Positions 1 through 10,831 of a DNA stretch of 64,000 nucleotides are shown here, one piece after another. A program made the translations under genes and the position numbers. Within the stretch, counting starts at the first letter, position 1, and the number at the start of each line of letters is the position of its first letter. This DNA comes from Entomortierella parvispora E1425 (taxonomy: Eukaryota; Fungi; Mortierellomycota): assembly GCA_020891255.1 (NCBI GenBank), contig BQFW01000007.1:2852001-2916000 (forward strand). Direction: 5' to 3'. The notes below the pieces were generated by a model. It was not told the origin of the DNA. It searched no databases and saw only the letters and a list, made by a program, of their open reading frames with translations.

Positions 1-205
1 TTTTTGGGGGGGGGGGGGGGAGATCCATCTTTATCTGCCAAAGAATTTTCGCATGTGCTCTTTCTACTCCATGCTTTTGGTCCTTCGGATACATGTCTTT
101 CCTGGAGATTAGACGTGTATAAATAGCCGAAATGCTGACAAGCAGAACTTTTGAGCAGAATTGATCTTTCATCCTATATCTTTCTTCATTCTAACGACAA
201 TATCC

Positions 206-1920
206 ATGGCTGGCCACGCCCCAGACACTCTTGGCTTGTATGCGAGACATCCTCGCCCCTTCGCTGGAGGTTCGGCGCCTGATAAGCCATTGATCTTCAG
301 TAAGTGAATGCACCAGTTTTGCCCAATCGGAAGGATACGCTCCTGACAATTGAGAATTCTTATTAATGAACCTGTCCACGATTTAATGTCTGTAGCTTGC
401 AAAAGAGTAAGTTGAACGACATCCTCATAACTACGACCCTCTACACTTAACTGTGTTGTGAACAATTCTGTACAGCCTTCACTTTGCCGCCGATTAATGT
501 ATGTCGTTAACCACAATCATCTGGACCCCGGTAACAACAGAAAGACATTCCAGAAGAAGCCCAAGAGTTTCCTCTGGTTCTCAAAATGATTTCCAGGTCT
601 TCTTTGACATCGCTCTTCGACATGCCAGAAGAGGATCGAATGACGCAGCCTCCCGAAACAGTTGAGGGTTTTGATGAACAGATGATGGCCATGGAGATTG
701 AAAAGAGACCTGACTTCAAGCATTCCTTGAGTGAGGTCGCGGCCCTTCGTGCTCTGGACCACCCAAGAATTTTACGGTTTGTGGGCTGTTACTGGACGCA
801 CGAGCATGGTGAGTTTTTTTTTTTTTTTTTTTTTTGTTGTTCTTGCTCCAAACTAAAATTGTATTCCACTCAATCGCACCTAGCAAACATTGTCATGGAG
901 TTTGCTCGGGGAGGGGATCTTCAGAAGCGAATGAATGATAGACAGGAAATAGGCTATTTGCATTACTCAGAGGAAGAGCTGGTTCCGATCATTCGAATGG
1001 TTTGCAACACCCTCCATTTTGTCCATGATAGTGGTTGGGCGCATCGAGGTTTGGTTTTCGCGTGGAGTTTTTTTTTTTTTTTTTTTTTTTGGCACTTTCT
1101 TGCGAAAAGAATACTAACGAAACGTCGTCTGCATCATAAAAACCCGGCTCAATCGGATGTCCAAACTGTAGATCTCAAGGTAATGTTTGAGCCACGTTGT
1201 TTTCAGCGCCGACTTTTTGCCTTTCTGACCGTTGCCTGTGCCTGTGCATCCATCGGACAACCAGCCCTCCAAGATCATGTTTCGCACCCAACTTAATGAC
1301 GATGTGGTTATTGCAGGATTTGGATTTGCGATTTTTCAAGAAAATACTGATGGCGGGCGGTCTTTGTTCACAACCACCGACGTTGGTACGCCAGAGTTCA
1401 AGGTAGAGACAGAGTTCTACAGACCTCCCCCCCCCTGCAAATATCCAGATATTTCAATATTTCACCAGAAACATGACCTTCTGTCTTTTCTCTGCCCCAC
1501 TTTTAATCTGCAGGCACCAGAGCAGTTTAGAGACGAGGGCTACGGAATCTCGGTCGACATGTGGGCCCTTGGTGTGACATGCTTCTACCTGCTTACGGGC
1601 AGCTACCCATTCGGAGCAGGGGCCTTCGACTTCTCTTACGGGCCTTCGGTCATGGGTCAGTTGAAGTGGGATGCCTTTGGTTTTTCCGACAATGGTAATG
1701 TATATTATTCTTTTTGATGGCCAGTATTGCTTTCAACATAGATGATAAAAAATGAAGAAGACGATCTGGGGACTGACACAAGTGTTTTCCTCTTCAACTA
1801 GCCAAGGACTTCATTGGCAGGCTTTTGGTGTGGGACCCAGATTCTCGTATGACGTCCGCTGAGACTGAGCATCACCCATGGCTCGCAGATGTTGCAGATC
1901 CTGGAGCCAAAGAGTATTAG
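206..1920 (+). CDS. Ser/Thr kinase-fold protein K1, probable pseudokinase (8 exons, 327 aa)
   Basis: Manual splicing: 206-299, 396-406, 541-808, 884-1048, 1172-1179, 1265-1402, 1514-1694, 1802-1920 = 984 nt, in frame, GT-AG. Motifs: LVLK, HRDLKPSK (catalytic-loop Asn to Lys), IAGFG (DFG Asp to Gly), GTPEFKAPE, DMWALG, HPWL. Confidence 0.88.
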
Positions 1921-2376
1921 CTTACTTTCCGAAGCTAAATCTCGTTTTTGAGATCGGGATACGAAGAGTATCTCTGTGCTCACAAGAGAAGGGGGGGAGG
2001 TCTTGTTCAAGGGATGATTGGTAAAATAAAAAGAGGACCATTTTGTTGATGCCTGGGAAAAACAGAAGAGAAGACGCACAGGTTTGCTGGCAACAGCATG
2101 CTGGAAATCAACAAAGCAGGAAGAACGCTTGTTTTGTTGACATCTCTCCAAAACCTAATTGTGCTTTGCCTGCTTTGCCAACGAGAGCTGCAACAGCCCA
2201 CATGACTTGCTTTGCCAGGGTTCTGGTATGTGGTGTGTGGTATGTGGTTCATCATTAATGACGTTCGATCGTCTTTCCAGCTATTTTCTTTCTTCGTCTG
2301 CCTCTCTCTTTTTTCATTCTCTCTTTCTCCAGTTTCGCAATTTCATCTGCACGTCCGAAACCTGAATTGAAAGAAC

Positions 2377-2794
2377 ATGTCAGGGCTTCTCACACCTACA
2401 TCCTGCCTCTCGCCACCACCTCATGCGGAAGAAGTTCTTCGCAGCAGATACGTGATTCGGGAGTTTTTTATTGGCACCGGTCGGCATGCATCTGTGCATG
2501 GTAAGTTTTGACCTTCAGACCCTCCTTTACTCACTATTATCAGCAGGTTTGCTTCTTGATCCTACAGCCTTACTTTTACCGTCTCTCTAATTGCCTGGCC
2601 TTTCCCTCATCCCAACGGCTTCTAGCCTGCAGAAGGGTAAGCATCTCCTCCCTGATTGGAAGTTCCTCGCTTTTCGTTTTCATACTTGCATGACGGAAAC
2701 TCATCGAAGTATCGCCTTGCCCTTGACTCTATCCTCTTGCCGCTACCATTGCCATCTTACCTAATGCCCATCCATCCTCCACCCCACACCGAAA

Positions 2795-2828
<34 letters not shown>

Positions 2829-4223
2829 CAAAAAAACACCCGTCTGTCTCCGCAATTCTCACTAAAACAGGCGGACAGCCCATCAAGCGAACCCGGAAAT
2901 CTCTATGCGGTCAAGCAGATACCGAGAGATGATCTAATGAGGCAGATTGCCTTGACTCTTCCGGAACTACAGAATCCCAGCTCTGCAGAGGAACTTGAGC
3001 GATTGAAAAAAAGGAAAATGCATCAGCTGGTCAAGGAGTCCTGGGCTCTGCAAGAATTGAACCATATCGACCATGTTCTTAAATATGTGGACCGGGAGTG
3101 GACACCACAAAACCGTAAGTGCCCCCTGTTTGTAGAAGTGGAAAAGATGGTGCGAGACTCTGTATCTTTGTTCTTTCTGTCTTTGTTTTCTGCTCTCGTT
3201 TGTTGCCCACTCGTTGACTCTTTTTTTTTGCTCTCAAATAGTCAACATCATCACCGAATACGCAGCAGGGGGTGACCTGGAGCGCCGGTTCAAGAACTTG
3301 CCCCTTGGTCCAGATGGAAAGCAGCTCTGTTACTCGGAGGATCGATTGATTCCCATGTTTCGTATCCTCTGTAAGACAATGGCCAAGGTTCATGCTGAAG
3401 GCTGGATCCATCGCGGTAAGTCAGACGCTCTATCCTTTGTAGACAACAGCATGTGCTAGTATCCCATCTAATCTTCAGGGCATGGCCCATTGATCGGTGA
3501 CTAGATTTGAAGGTACAATTAGAGCATGCTCTGGACAAGATCGCAAGGAAGGCTGTGTTTCCTCCTTATATAGATCACACCCTCATCTGATTTGTCTTCT
3601 TTTCTGTCCTCCATCCGTGCCCCGCGCGTCACTGAACAGCCATCCAACATCTTGTTTCGTGACAACAGCTATGAGAAGCTGGTCATTGGAGACTTTGGAT
3701 TCGCATCCATGTTCAAGGAAGGAAGGTCTGACTTGACTACGGAGGATGTCGGTTCTCCGAGGTTCAAGGTGGGTATCTTTGCTGTATAATATATCCCTTG
3801 TCTCCCTGGTATCTAATCATAGTCATTGACATGTATCGCCACTCTTAGGCTCCAGAGCAGATCAGGGGAGAAGCTCACAGCTATCCTGTCGACATGTGGG
3901 GATTGGGAGTAACGTGCTATTACCTTTTGAAGCGCCGGCACCCCATCCATGATCTCGACTTTGAAAGAGAAGAAAACATCACGCCGGAGGAGGTTGCGAG
4001 GATTGACTGGGAGAACCTCAGCTCCAATGGCAAGTCATTGCGTTGTTATCCATGGCCGGGCGATGGGAGAGAGTCCTCCGAGACTGTTTGAACGAGCTCA
4101 CTGTGCCCTAATAACCTTATCACGTCGTTTTCAGCTAGGGACTTCATGGAGAAACTCATCGTTTGGGATCCCAAGCAAAGAATGTCGGCGCTTGAGGCTT
4201 CGAATCATCCTTGGCTCTTGTAA
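2377..4223 (+). CDS. Ser/Thr protein kinase K2, canonical catalytic motifs (8 exons, 319 aa)
   Basis: Exons 2377-2500, 2626-2636, 2871-3114, 3242-3415, 3505-3512, 3640-3768, 3849-4029, 4135-4223 = 960 nt, in frame. Motifs: GTGRHASV, YAVK, alphaC Glu (KES), HRDLKPSN, GDFG, GSPRFKAPE, DMWGLG. The last intron is GC-AG (gcaagt at 4030). Confidence 0.9.
2796..2826. repeat. (CA)n microsatellite in K2 intron 2
   Basis: Direct reading. The K4 counterpart has a short CA run plus poly-C. Confidence 0.9.
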
Positions 4224-4677
4224 ACGCCCGGCGGCCGACGATTCTCTATTTTTGCCTCCTGCTAGCTGTTACCGTAGCGATGACTATACCCCCATCCTCG
4301 TGCCTTTAAAAAAGTTACATAGCTTGGTACCATTCCAAAGTAAATTATGAAACAATGGTGCCCTCGTGAAAGGGCATTTGGTACGGGACCCCCCCCTGGC
4401 GGGTGAGTGCGCGCGTTTTTTTTTTTTTTTTTTTTTTTTTTTGGCGAGTCCCTTCAATTTAGCGATCTCACATCAAAAGACTTTGCCATTGTGTGGCACC
4501 GCTCAGCGGGGACATGGCAAAGCCATCCGTAGCCTCTAACAAATGGGATGATTGAAGTATCGAAGGCTGTCTCTTCCCTTCCTTTCCAGCCCAACAGCCT
4601 TCTGTCCTCTTGATCCAGCCCTCCAGCCTTCTGTCCTCTTGATCTCCTCTTCGCCTCACTTGTACCTCTTTTCAAAG

Positions 4678-6397
4678 ATGACACATTTCAGAGAATATCC
4701 TCGTAGTGGACACGCACCCTCCGATCAGCATGCGTGTTTACCTTCTACACCTCCGTATACCCATGCAGAAAACCCATTCGCTCGTGGTCGATTTGCTACC
4801 ATTCATAGTACGTTTGTCTACCCCTGCTTTGAGGGTCGCCATCAATGTCGATATCTTTATCCGTTTCTCAACCTCTCTAAATCTTCCATTCCCTCTCTGT
4901 ACGAAGTGGCCAGAAGGGTGAGTCTCTGCAGATCTGACGGCTGCATGCGTGGATTTGTCGGCTCTTCACTATGGTACTAGACAGCTAATCAAATATGGCG
5001 AATACCCTGGTCTTGTTGCAGAGTGATCTTCCGGTGAATACACTTGGACAACCTATGGCTGTCAAAAAGATTCCGAGGCAGGGGTTGACAGACCTGTTCC
5101 TGAGTCCTGAAGATCAGGATGGAATGTCGGCTGCGGAGATTGAACATTGGTCGGCCAAGATTGGAAAGCTAGAGTTCACGATGATGAAGCCATTGCTTCG
5201 GGAAAGTGTAGCTAGTCGGGACTTGGGTGGCAGCAACCCTTATGTCCTTCGCTACATTGATTCTTTCTGGACAACCTCTCACCGTAGGTCGGCCAATTGA
5301 TTGATTAGCAAAACAAAAAGAAATATTCCGAAACAACAGGTACGTTTGCCTAAGCCCCTCTTTGTTTCCCGTGCGGGCACCCTAGTTTACATCATCTCTG
5401 AGTTCGCTGCGGGAGGGGATCTCAAGACGCGAATGGATCACAGAATAGGGGACGGTCAAGGGCCATTCTCTGAGTATGAGCTCATTCCTATGATCCGAGT
5501 CTTGTGCTCCAGCATTAATTACATTCACCGGCAAGGTTGGACTCATGGAGGTACGATTGTATCAGGGAGGTATTTTGTTCCTAAAGAGGTTCGAAAGGAT
5601 AGACAGACGTAAGACTGACCTTTTTGCTTCATATCTTCTCAACACCAAACGATGATCAGATGTAAACGTAGGGCAATCGTCAATTGAACATTTTCGACCC
5701 AACTCTTTTTTTTTTTTTTTTTTTTTTTTTTGTTTCTGGCCTTGAGCTCAATTTTTTTTTGTGTCACGTCCCATTCATAGCCATCCAACATCCTCTTCAG
5801 GGATCAGTCTTTTGATCGCTTGGTTCTTGCCGACTTTTCGTATGCTCTTAAAGTAAGAGAGGAGGAGGAGCTCGAAATGACAAGCACGCTATCCGGAACT
5901 GCTGGATTCAGGGTACGTAGGTCTTTGTGTCTATCAAGAAAAATGGTTGTTGATGTCCTGTTCGACCTTGTAATCTGACTCTCGCCTCGTACATTCACAT
6001 CCTCTTCCCTCATCAAGGCACCTCAAGGACAAGCGCGTGGGCCACAAGAAGATATGTGGGCCCTTGGGGTGACTTGCTACTTCCTGCTGTCAAACAGGTA
6101 CCCGATTCATTTTAATGTCGATGACAAGAACGATACCGCCCACCAAGTTGATGTTGAAATGATCAATTGGGACAGATTCAGTGAGCTGGGTAAAGGAAAA
6201 AAAAACTTCTGCAAAAATGCCACGACTGCACAACTGCCAGCTGCTTTCCATAGGCCCACGCGTCCTCCTTACATGACCTTCTCTCCTGGTGTCACTTAGC
6301 AAGGGACTTCATGTCCCGTCTGATCCAACTCGATCCAGACAGTCGCATGACGGCGAGTCAGGCCAGAGACCACCCATGGCTCTCTGCCTACTTTTAA
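4678..6397 (+). CDS. Ser/Thr kinase-fold protein K3, atypical/probable pseudokinase (8 exons, 325 aa)
   Basis: Exons 4678-4807, 4907-4917, 5022-5283, 5386-5550, 5660-5667, 5781-5912, 6018-6189, 6300-6397 = 978 nt, in frame. Motifs: FARGRFATI, MAVK, HGDVNPSN (HRD to HGD, Lys to Asn), ADFS, APQ instead of APE, DMWALG. Confidence 0.85.
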
Positions 6398-6545
6398 CTC
6401 TTCTGTTGTCTCCTGTCCCCCTTTTCAACTCACCCTGAGCCACAGCGCAAGCATGGACGGGAGGATAACGTGGATCATGAATACATAAAATAAAACTCCT
6501 TTGTAGTAAAATGTCTCTTTTTATTGCCTCTTTCCTCGCCCTCCC

Positions 6546-9500
6546 CTAACTAATTATAACTCTGATCCCTGGAACCCTTTGCAGCAGTCGAGTCTCCAAT
6601 TGACTGAGTAAGCCCTTATCTTTCACGAGATCGGTCCCTTTGATGAATAGTTCATTCAGAGGCGCCATGGTCCATTTCCCTACGGTATGATGGTACATTG
6701 ATGGTTCTGGCAGTTTCATGATGAGTGCCTTCATCTGTTCGCTTGAAAAGTTTGTATCCTCCACGCTCAGGCTTTGTAGAGTGTTGAAGTTCAAGACATT
6801 GAGAAGACGCCCCCAGCGCATTTTTGTTAGGTCGAAATTCGATAGGGTGAATGACTGGAATGGGATTTTGGTGGCCTGGACCGATTGAATCAAACCCTCT
6901 ATCGCAGTTAACGCCTGTGTATCAACACTGGCTCGGCCTCCACCGAACGTAATCTCCAAGCTCCGAAGCTTGCGGAAGCAGGTGCCATAGTATCCTAGGT
7001 ACTTTACCCAATCCAAGGAATTGCCTTGACCGTGTAGCAACAGCCTTTCAGCGATGCAACCAAAAGCCTCGACACAGGTAAATCCCCTGATCTGTTGATC
7101 CTCGATTTGTAGGTGCGTCAATGAGAGAGTAAGCTTCAGGTCGGGTAACATGTCTGCAAGTTTTTTGATAGGAATAACGTCCACCAGTCCTGTTTGGTCG
7201 ATGGTAAGATGCTCCAGGCGGGAAGACCTGCCATAGCTAATACTCGATAATAAGGCGTAAAATAGGTCGTCACCACAGAGGCCATTCGTCACCAGCGACT
7301 GAACAGTTGGCCCGTGGTCCCTCAAGATCTTTTTGAGGTGCAAATTTCCCTCCTCTGCGTCTGTCATCTGAATCATAGTGACTGTAGTGGGAGGTAGGTT
7401 TTCTTTGTGCTCGATTGTCATACTGACATGGTGATCAGTCTTGAGAGATTGGAGTCGAATAACACGGTCCTTCGCTGGTAGGGTATTAAAGGCCTCGACC
7501 AGAGAGCCGAGTTGATCCAGAGAGTCGTGGATGTCGAACATCCGTAATTGAGGGCACGCATACGCTAGATCGACCAGGCTTTGTCGTAAGAGGCATTGTG
7601 GATTGTCTGAGAAGTCGATTTTGAGAGAGACAAGGTGACCGAGAATTGTATTTTGAGGCCGTCCCTGCAATAATAAAATGTTGCTGCCTGTTGTGTGAAT
7701 TTCAACGAAATGGGTGGGTTCGTCGTCATCGTTCATCGAGAACGCAACAACTGACATAAAGTCTGGGAGGATCATGGTCAGTATTCGAAGGTTTTTGATC
7801 ACTTGTTGGATTTTTTTCAGGTGTGTGCTGTTGTAGGCGGCGTTGATGGTAAGATATTTGAGGCCTGGGAAAAGGCGGAGCATGTTCCTGAGTTGATCCA
7901 TGTGCAGACGCAGGTCAATGTGGACATCCAATTGAAGAGATATCAGGTGGCTGAAGCGGTCACCTTGAACGTTTGTAATGTCCACGGCGCGGTCAAAGAA
8001 ACCTTGGAAACCAACAAGTCGAATCACACGGCATCGGCTACTCATCATGAATGTGACAACGCGCTTGTACCAAAAGTCAGAAACGTTTGTGGAGCTACCT
8101 CCGCCGAGCCTACTCCCATTAAGAACAACTCTGGGAACATTGGCGATGCCGATGTTGAGTGCCATTAGATTGAAGTCTGATTCGGACGTGGAAGATCCTA
8201 ATATAACGGTGGCTACATTTACGCCAGGAGCTGCGATAAGGGCCTTATAGAAGGTTGAAGTTTTTCCTTTGTTGTCGCCAAACGGAAGTTCCATCGTCAA
8301 TGATCCTGACAATATATCCAGCTGGGCTGTCTTCATTTTCGACGCCTCAAACTCTAAATCGCGTAGCAAAAACTTGCCACGAGCAGATGGCTCGCAGTGA
8401 TCCTTGCAGACCCACTTAAGTCGACCCGTCCGATGACAGAATGCGATTGTCAGGTTGCCGTTTGTACCTTTTTTATCCGCTTCTTGAAGAAATTGCCGAA
8501 AGTGGTTGTAGGCTGGCCCTTCGAGAGGTTGGGGAATCTCAACTTTTGCTGAACACGAGTCCAACTCTGAAGTGAGCCCAAGATCACAGTGATGGGCGAC
8601 GAACTGCTTTGTTTTCTCGAACGGATCGGTAAAGCTCGGATTATTGTAACTGAAAGCCGACAAAATGGTGGTGAACAGACCGGTTTTGTTGGCGGCAGCC
8701 AATCCTGGGATTACGATACCAGCGACCATCAGTCCAACCTGAAGGCAACGCAAGACCATGAGAATGCGAGGCCCGTGTTTCTCGCAAAATTCTTTCGGGC
8801 GTGTAATATCATAGCCCCCGTGGTTGGACATATGAATCTTCGTGTCCTCCTCAGTCTCTTCAAAGACGACGTCTTCAGAAGGAGGGTTGGTTTGGTTGTC
8901 TTTTGAGCTCTCGCATTCGCACAGGAGGAAGAGCTGTAAGTTTCTACTGAGGGGGGAATCTTTTTTTCGGAGAACAAAAAACTGCCGAGGGACGGGATAG
9001 AGGTGAAGATGAAGGCACTTGACGGCAAGGACCTGGGCGGATTCATGTTCCTCGATGATGAGCTCTGCGAACCGGGTTTCGATCTCCCTGAGTGATTGTT
9101 GAAAAAGATCCCAATTGTCTTCCCTGCGGGAATCGCGCATCTGATCAAACAACAAGTCAACGTTATTCACAATTCCTGGCAATGAAGCCACAGGGTTCGG
9201 TGCAGATTTCTTGAAATGGACAACAAGAGCCCCCTTGTGCAGTCGATAACAATGAGGTTTTAATCTAGTCCAACACATAAAGGACATCCAATGAGTAATT
9301 GTCTATGCGGGATCGGCGTCGAGATCTGTACAGCGTAACTATACCTCCACATATCGTCGTCCACATCAAAGCTGACAATGGACCCGTCCTCTCGAGTCAC
9401 TTTTTCGACTTGTTGTCCAAAGCACTCTGCAATGTTCTCAGACAGAATTACGAAGCGGCCAACTCGCTGGTTCCATAATGCTTCAATTGAGATACACTCG

Positions 9501-9610
9501 CTGCTGTTGAAGGCACGAAACAGCTGCGCGGGGAAATCTTGAATCAGCGGCGATGGCGGTAAATCAAGCGGACGGGACGCCATCATTTCAACTGAGGCGG
9601 TGATGGACAT
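6546..9610 (-). CDS. Large RNI-like/degenerate LRR protein with a lineage-type N-terminal domain (2 exons)
   Basis: Exon 1 is 9610-9345, then an 80-nt GT-AG intron, then exon 2 at 9264-6546 (the 913-aa ORF). The C-terminal half has LxxLxL repeats (LISLQLD, LKYLTIN, LVSLKID, LRMFDIH, LEHLTID, LRSLEIT, LQSLSVE). The central block reads YPVPRQFFVL..LFLLCEC..HGGYDI..KWVCKDH. Confidence 0.8.
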
Positions 9611-9839
9611 GGATTTATAGCAACGGTAGAGAAGATGGCGTGGGAAATGAGAGGGGATAAAAAACTGCTGATGAAGACCTGCTGATCGCAGACTTTGCCA
9701 TTTTGCGGCTTGTGCTCGGAGAGCGGTCAGGTTGCATCGCCTTTTGATATCAAGCAAGCCACCCTGCTCTTTCGCTTTGTTCTCCTTTCCTCCCCCCTCC
9801 ATCGCACCGCCTTCCTTTACCCAGCAAACAACATCTAAG

Positions 9840-10683
9840 ATGTCCAGCAGTTTCCATCTTGATGGGTCTCTTGTGCAAGATAGGAGTGAGGACAGGATAC
9901 CACCCAGTCAGGTTTTCAACATCATCACTTCAACTGGAGAAGAACTCGGTACGTTTACCATGGAGACCCAGTTCAGTTACTCTCTCAATAAGAGTGTTAT
10001 CGTCTGGAGAGATGTTCTGGACTGTCGTAAAGATGCCCTCTTTCTTCAAGACCACAATGGCCTTGCAGTGGAATTTCTGAAAGACGATCGTGAAGAGTGA
10101 GTCCAACTGAAAGATTTGACTTGTAATACCCTCTTGATGCTGACATCCTTGAGCTGTTGTTCCCGCATCTCAAGGCCACTGATTCCGTTACGTCTGGAGC
10201 AGAGGACTCTCCCACTGTATTTGATGGTCTATGACAACCATAGTGAAGCCGCCGAAAATAATCCACGGCCTACAACACCAGTGAGTCAAGGAAGAAGGGT
10301 TGAGCCATTGAGACAGCCAACAACCAAGACTCGTATCGAGAGGCAATCACGGGAAATCGTTTCCAGGATGAGGCCACCTCTACCGTCCATCCAAGCTGGC
10401 GAACATTCCTTTGGGTACGTACTTGACCCCTCCTACTCTTTGCTCCGAGTTCAAATGTATCGATCCCTCATAAGCGACTCAAATGATGTGGCCCTCTGTG
10501 AGGGGTTGTTTTTAAAATTGATATTCTCACTTTTACCTATGCTGGTTCGCAGGACGGAGAATAGTAAGTTGGATTCGGATCTTTCCTCGTGTTCTCTTTT
10601 CACGATTCAGTCTTTTTAATGTCCTCATTCATTGCAACTTTTTTAATAACTACAGGTGGATATCCCTGGGAACTTTCCACTAG
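9840..10683 (+). CDS. Small protein consisting of the same N-terminal domain plus a disordered tail (about 3 exons)
   Basis: ATG 9840. Exons 9840-10096, 10175-10414 and a probable last exon 10656-10683. The protein contains QVF..VIVWRDVLDC..NGLAVEFLKDDREE|EPLIPLRL, which aligns with the N-terminus of the divergent RNI-like gene. The last exon is uncertain. Confidence 0.6.
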
Positions 10684-10831
10684 TCCTCAATGTGATTCCC
10701 AGATCATTTATGATACACAGTATTGGTATGGTCCTGCTCCCTTGCTACTCTTTCTCTGAAATATTATCAATTGACGCTCCCTTTATATTTCCACCACTCT
10801 GTTCTTTCCTTGCGACTCAAACTGGATAGGC

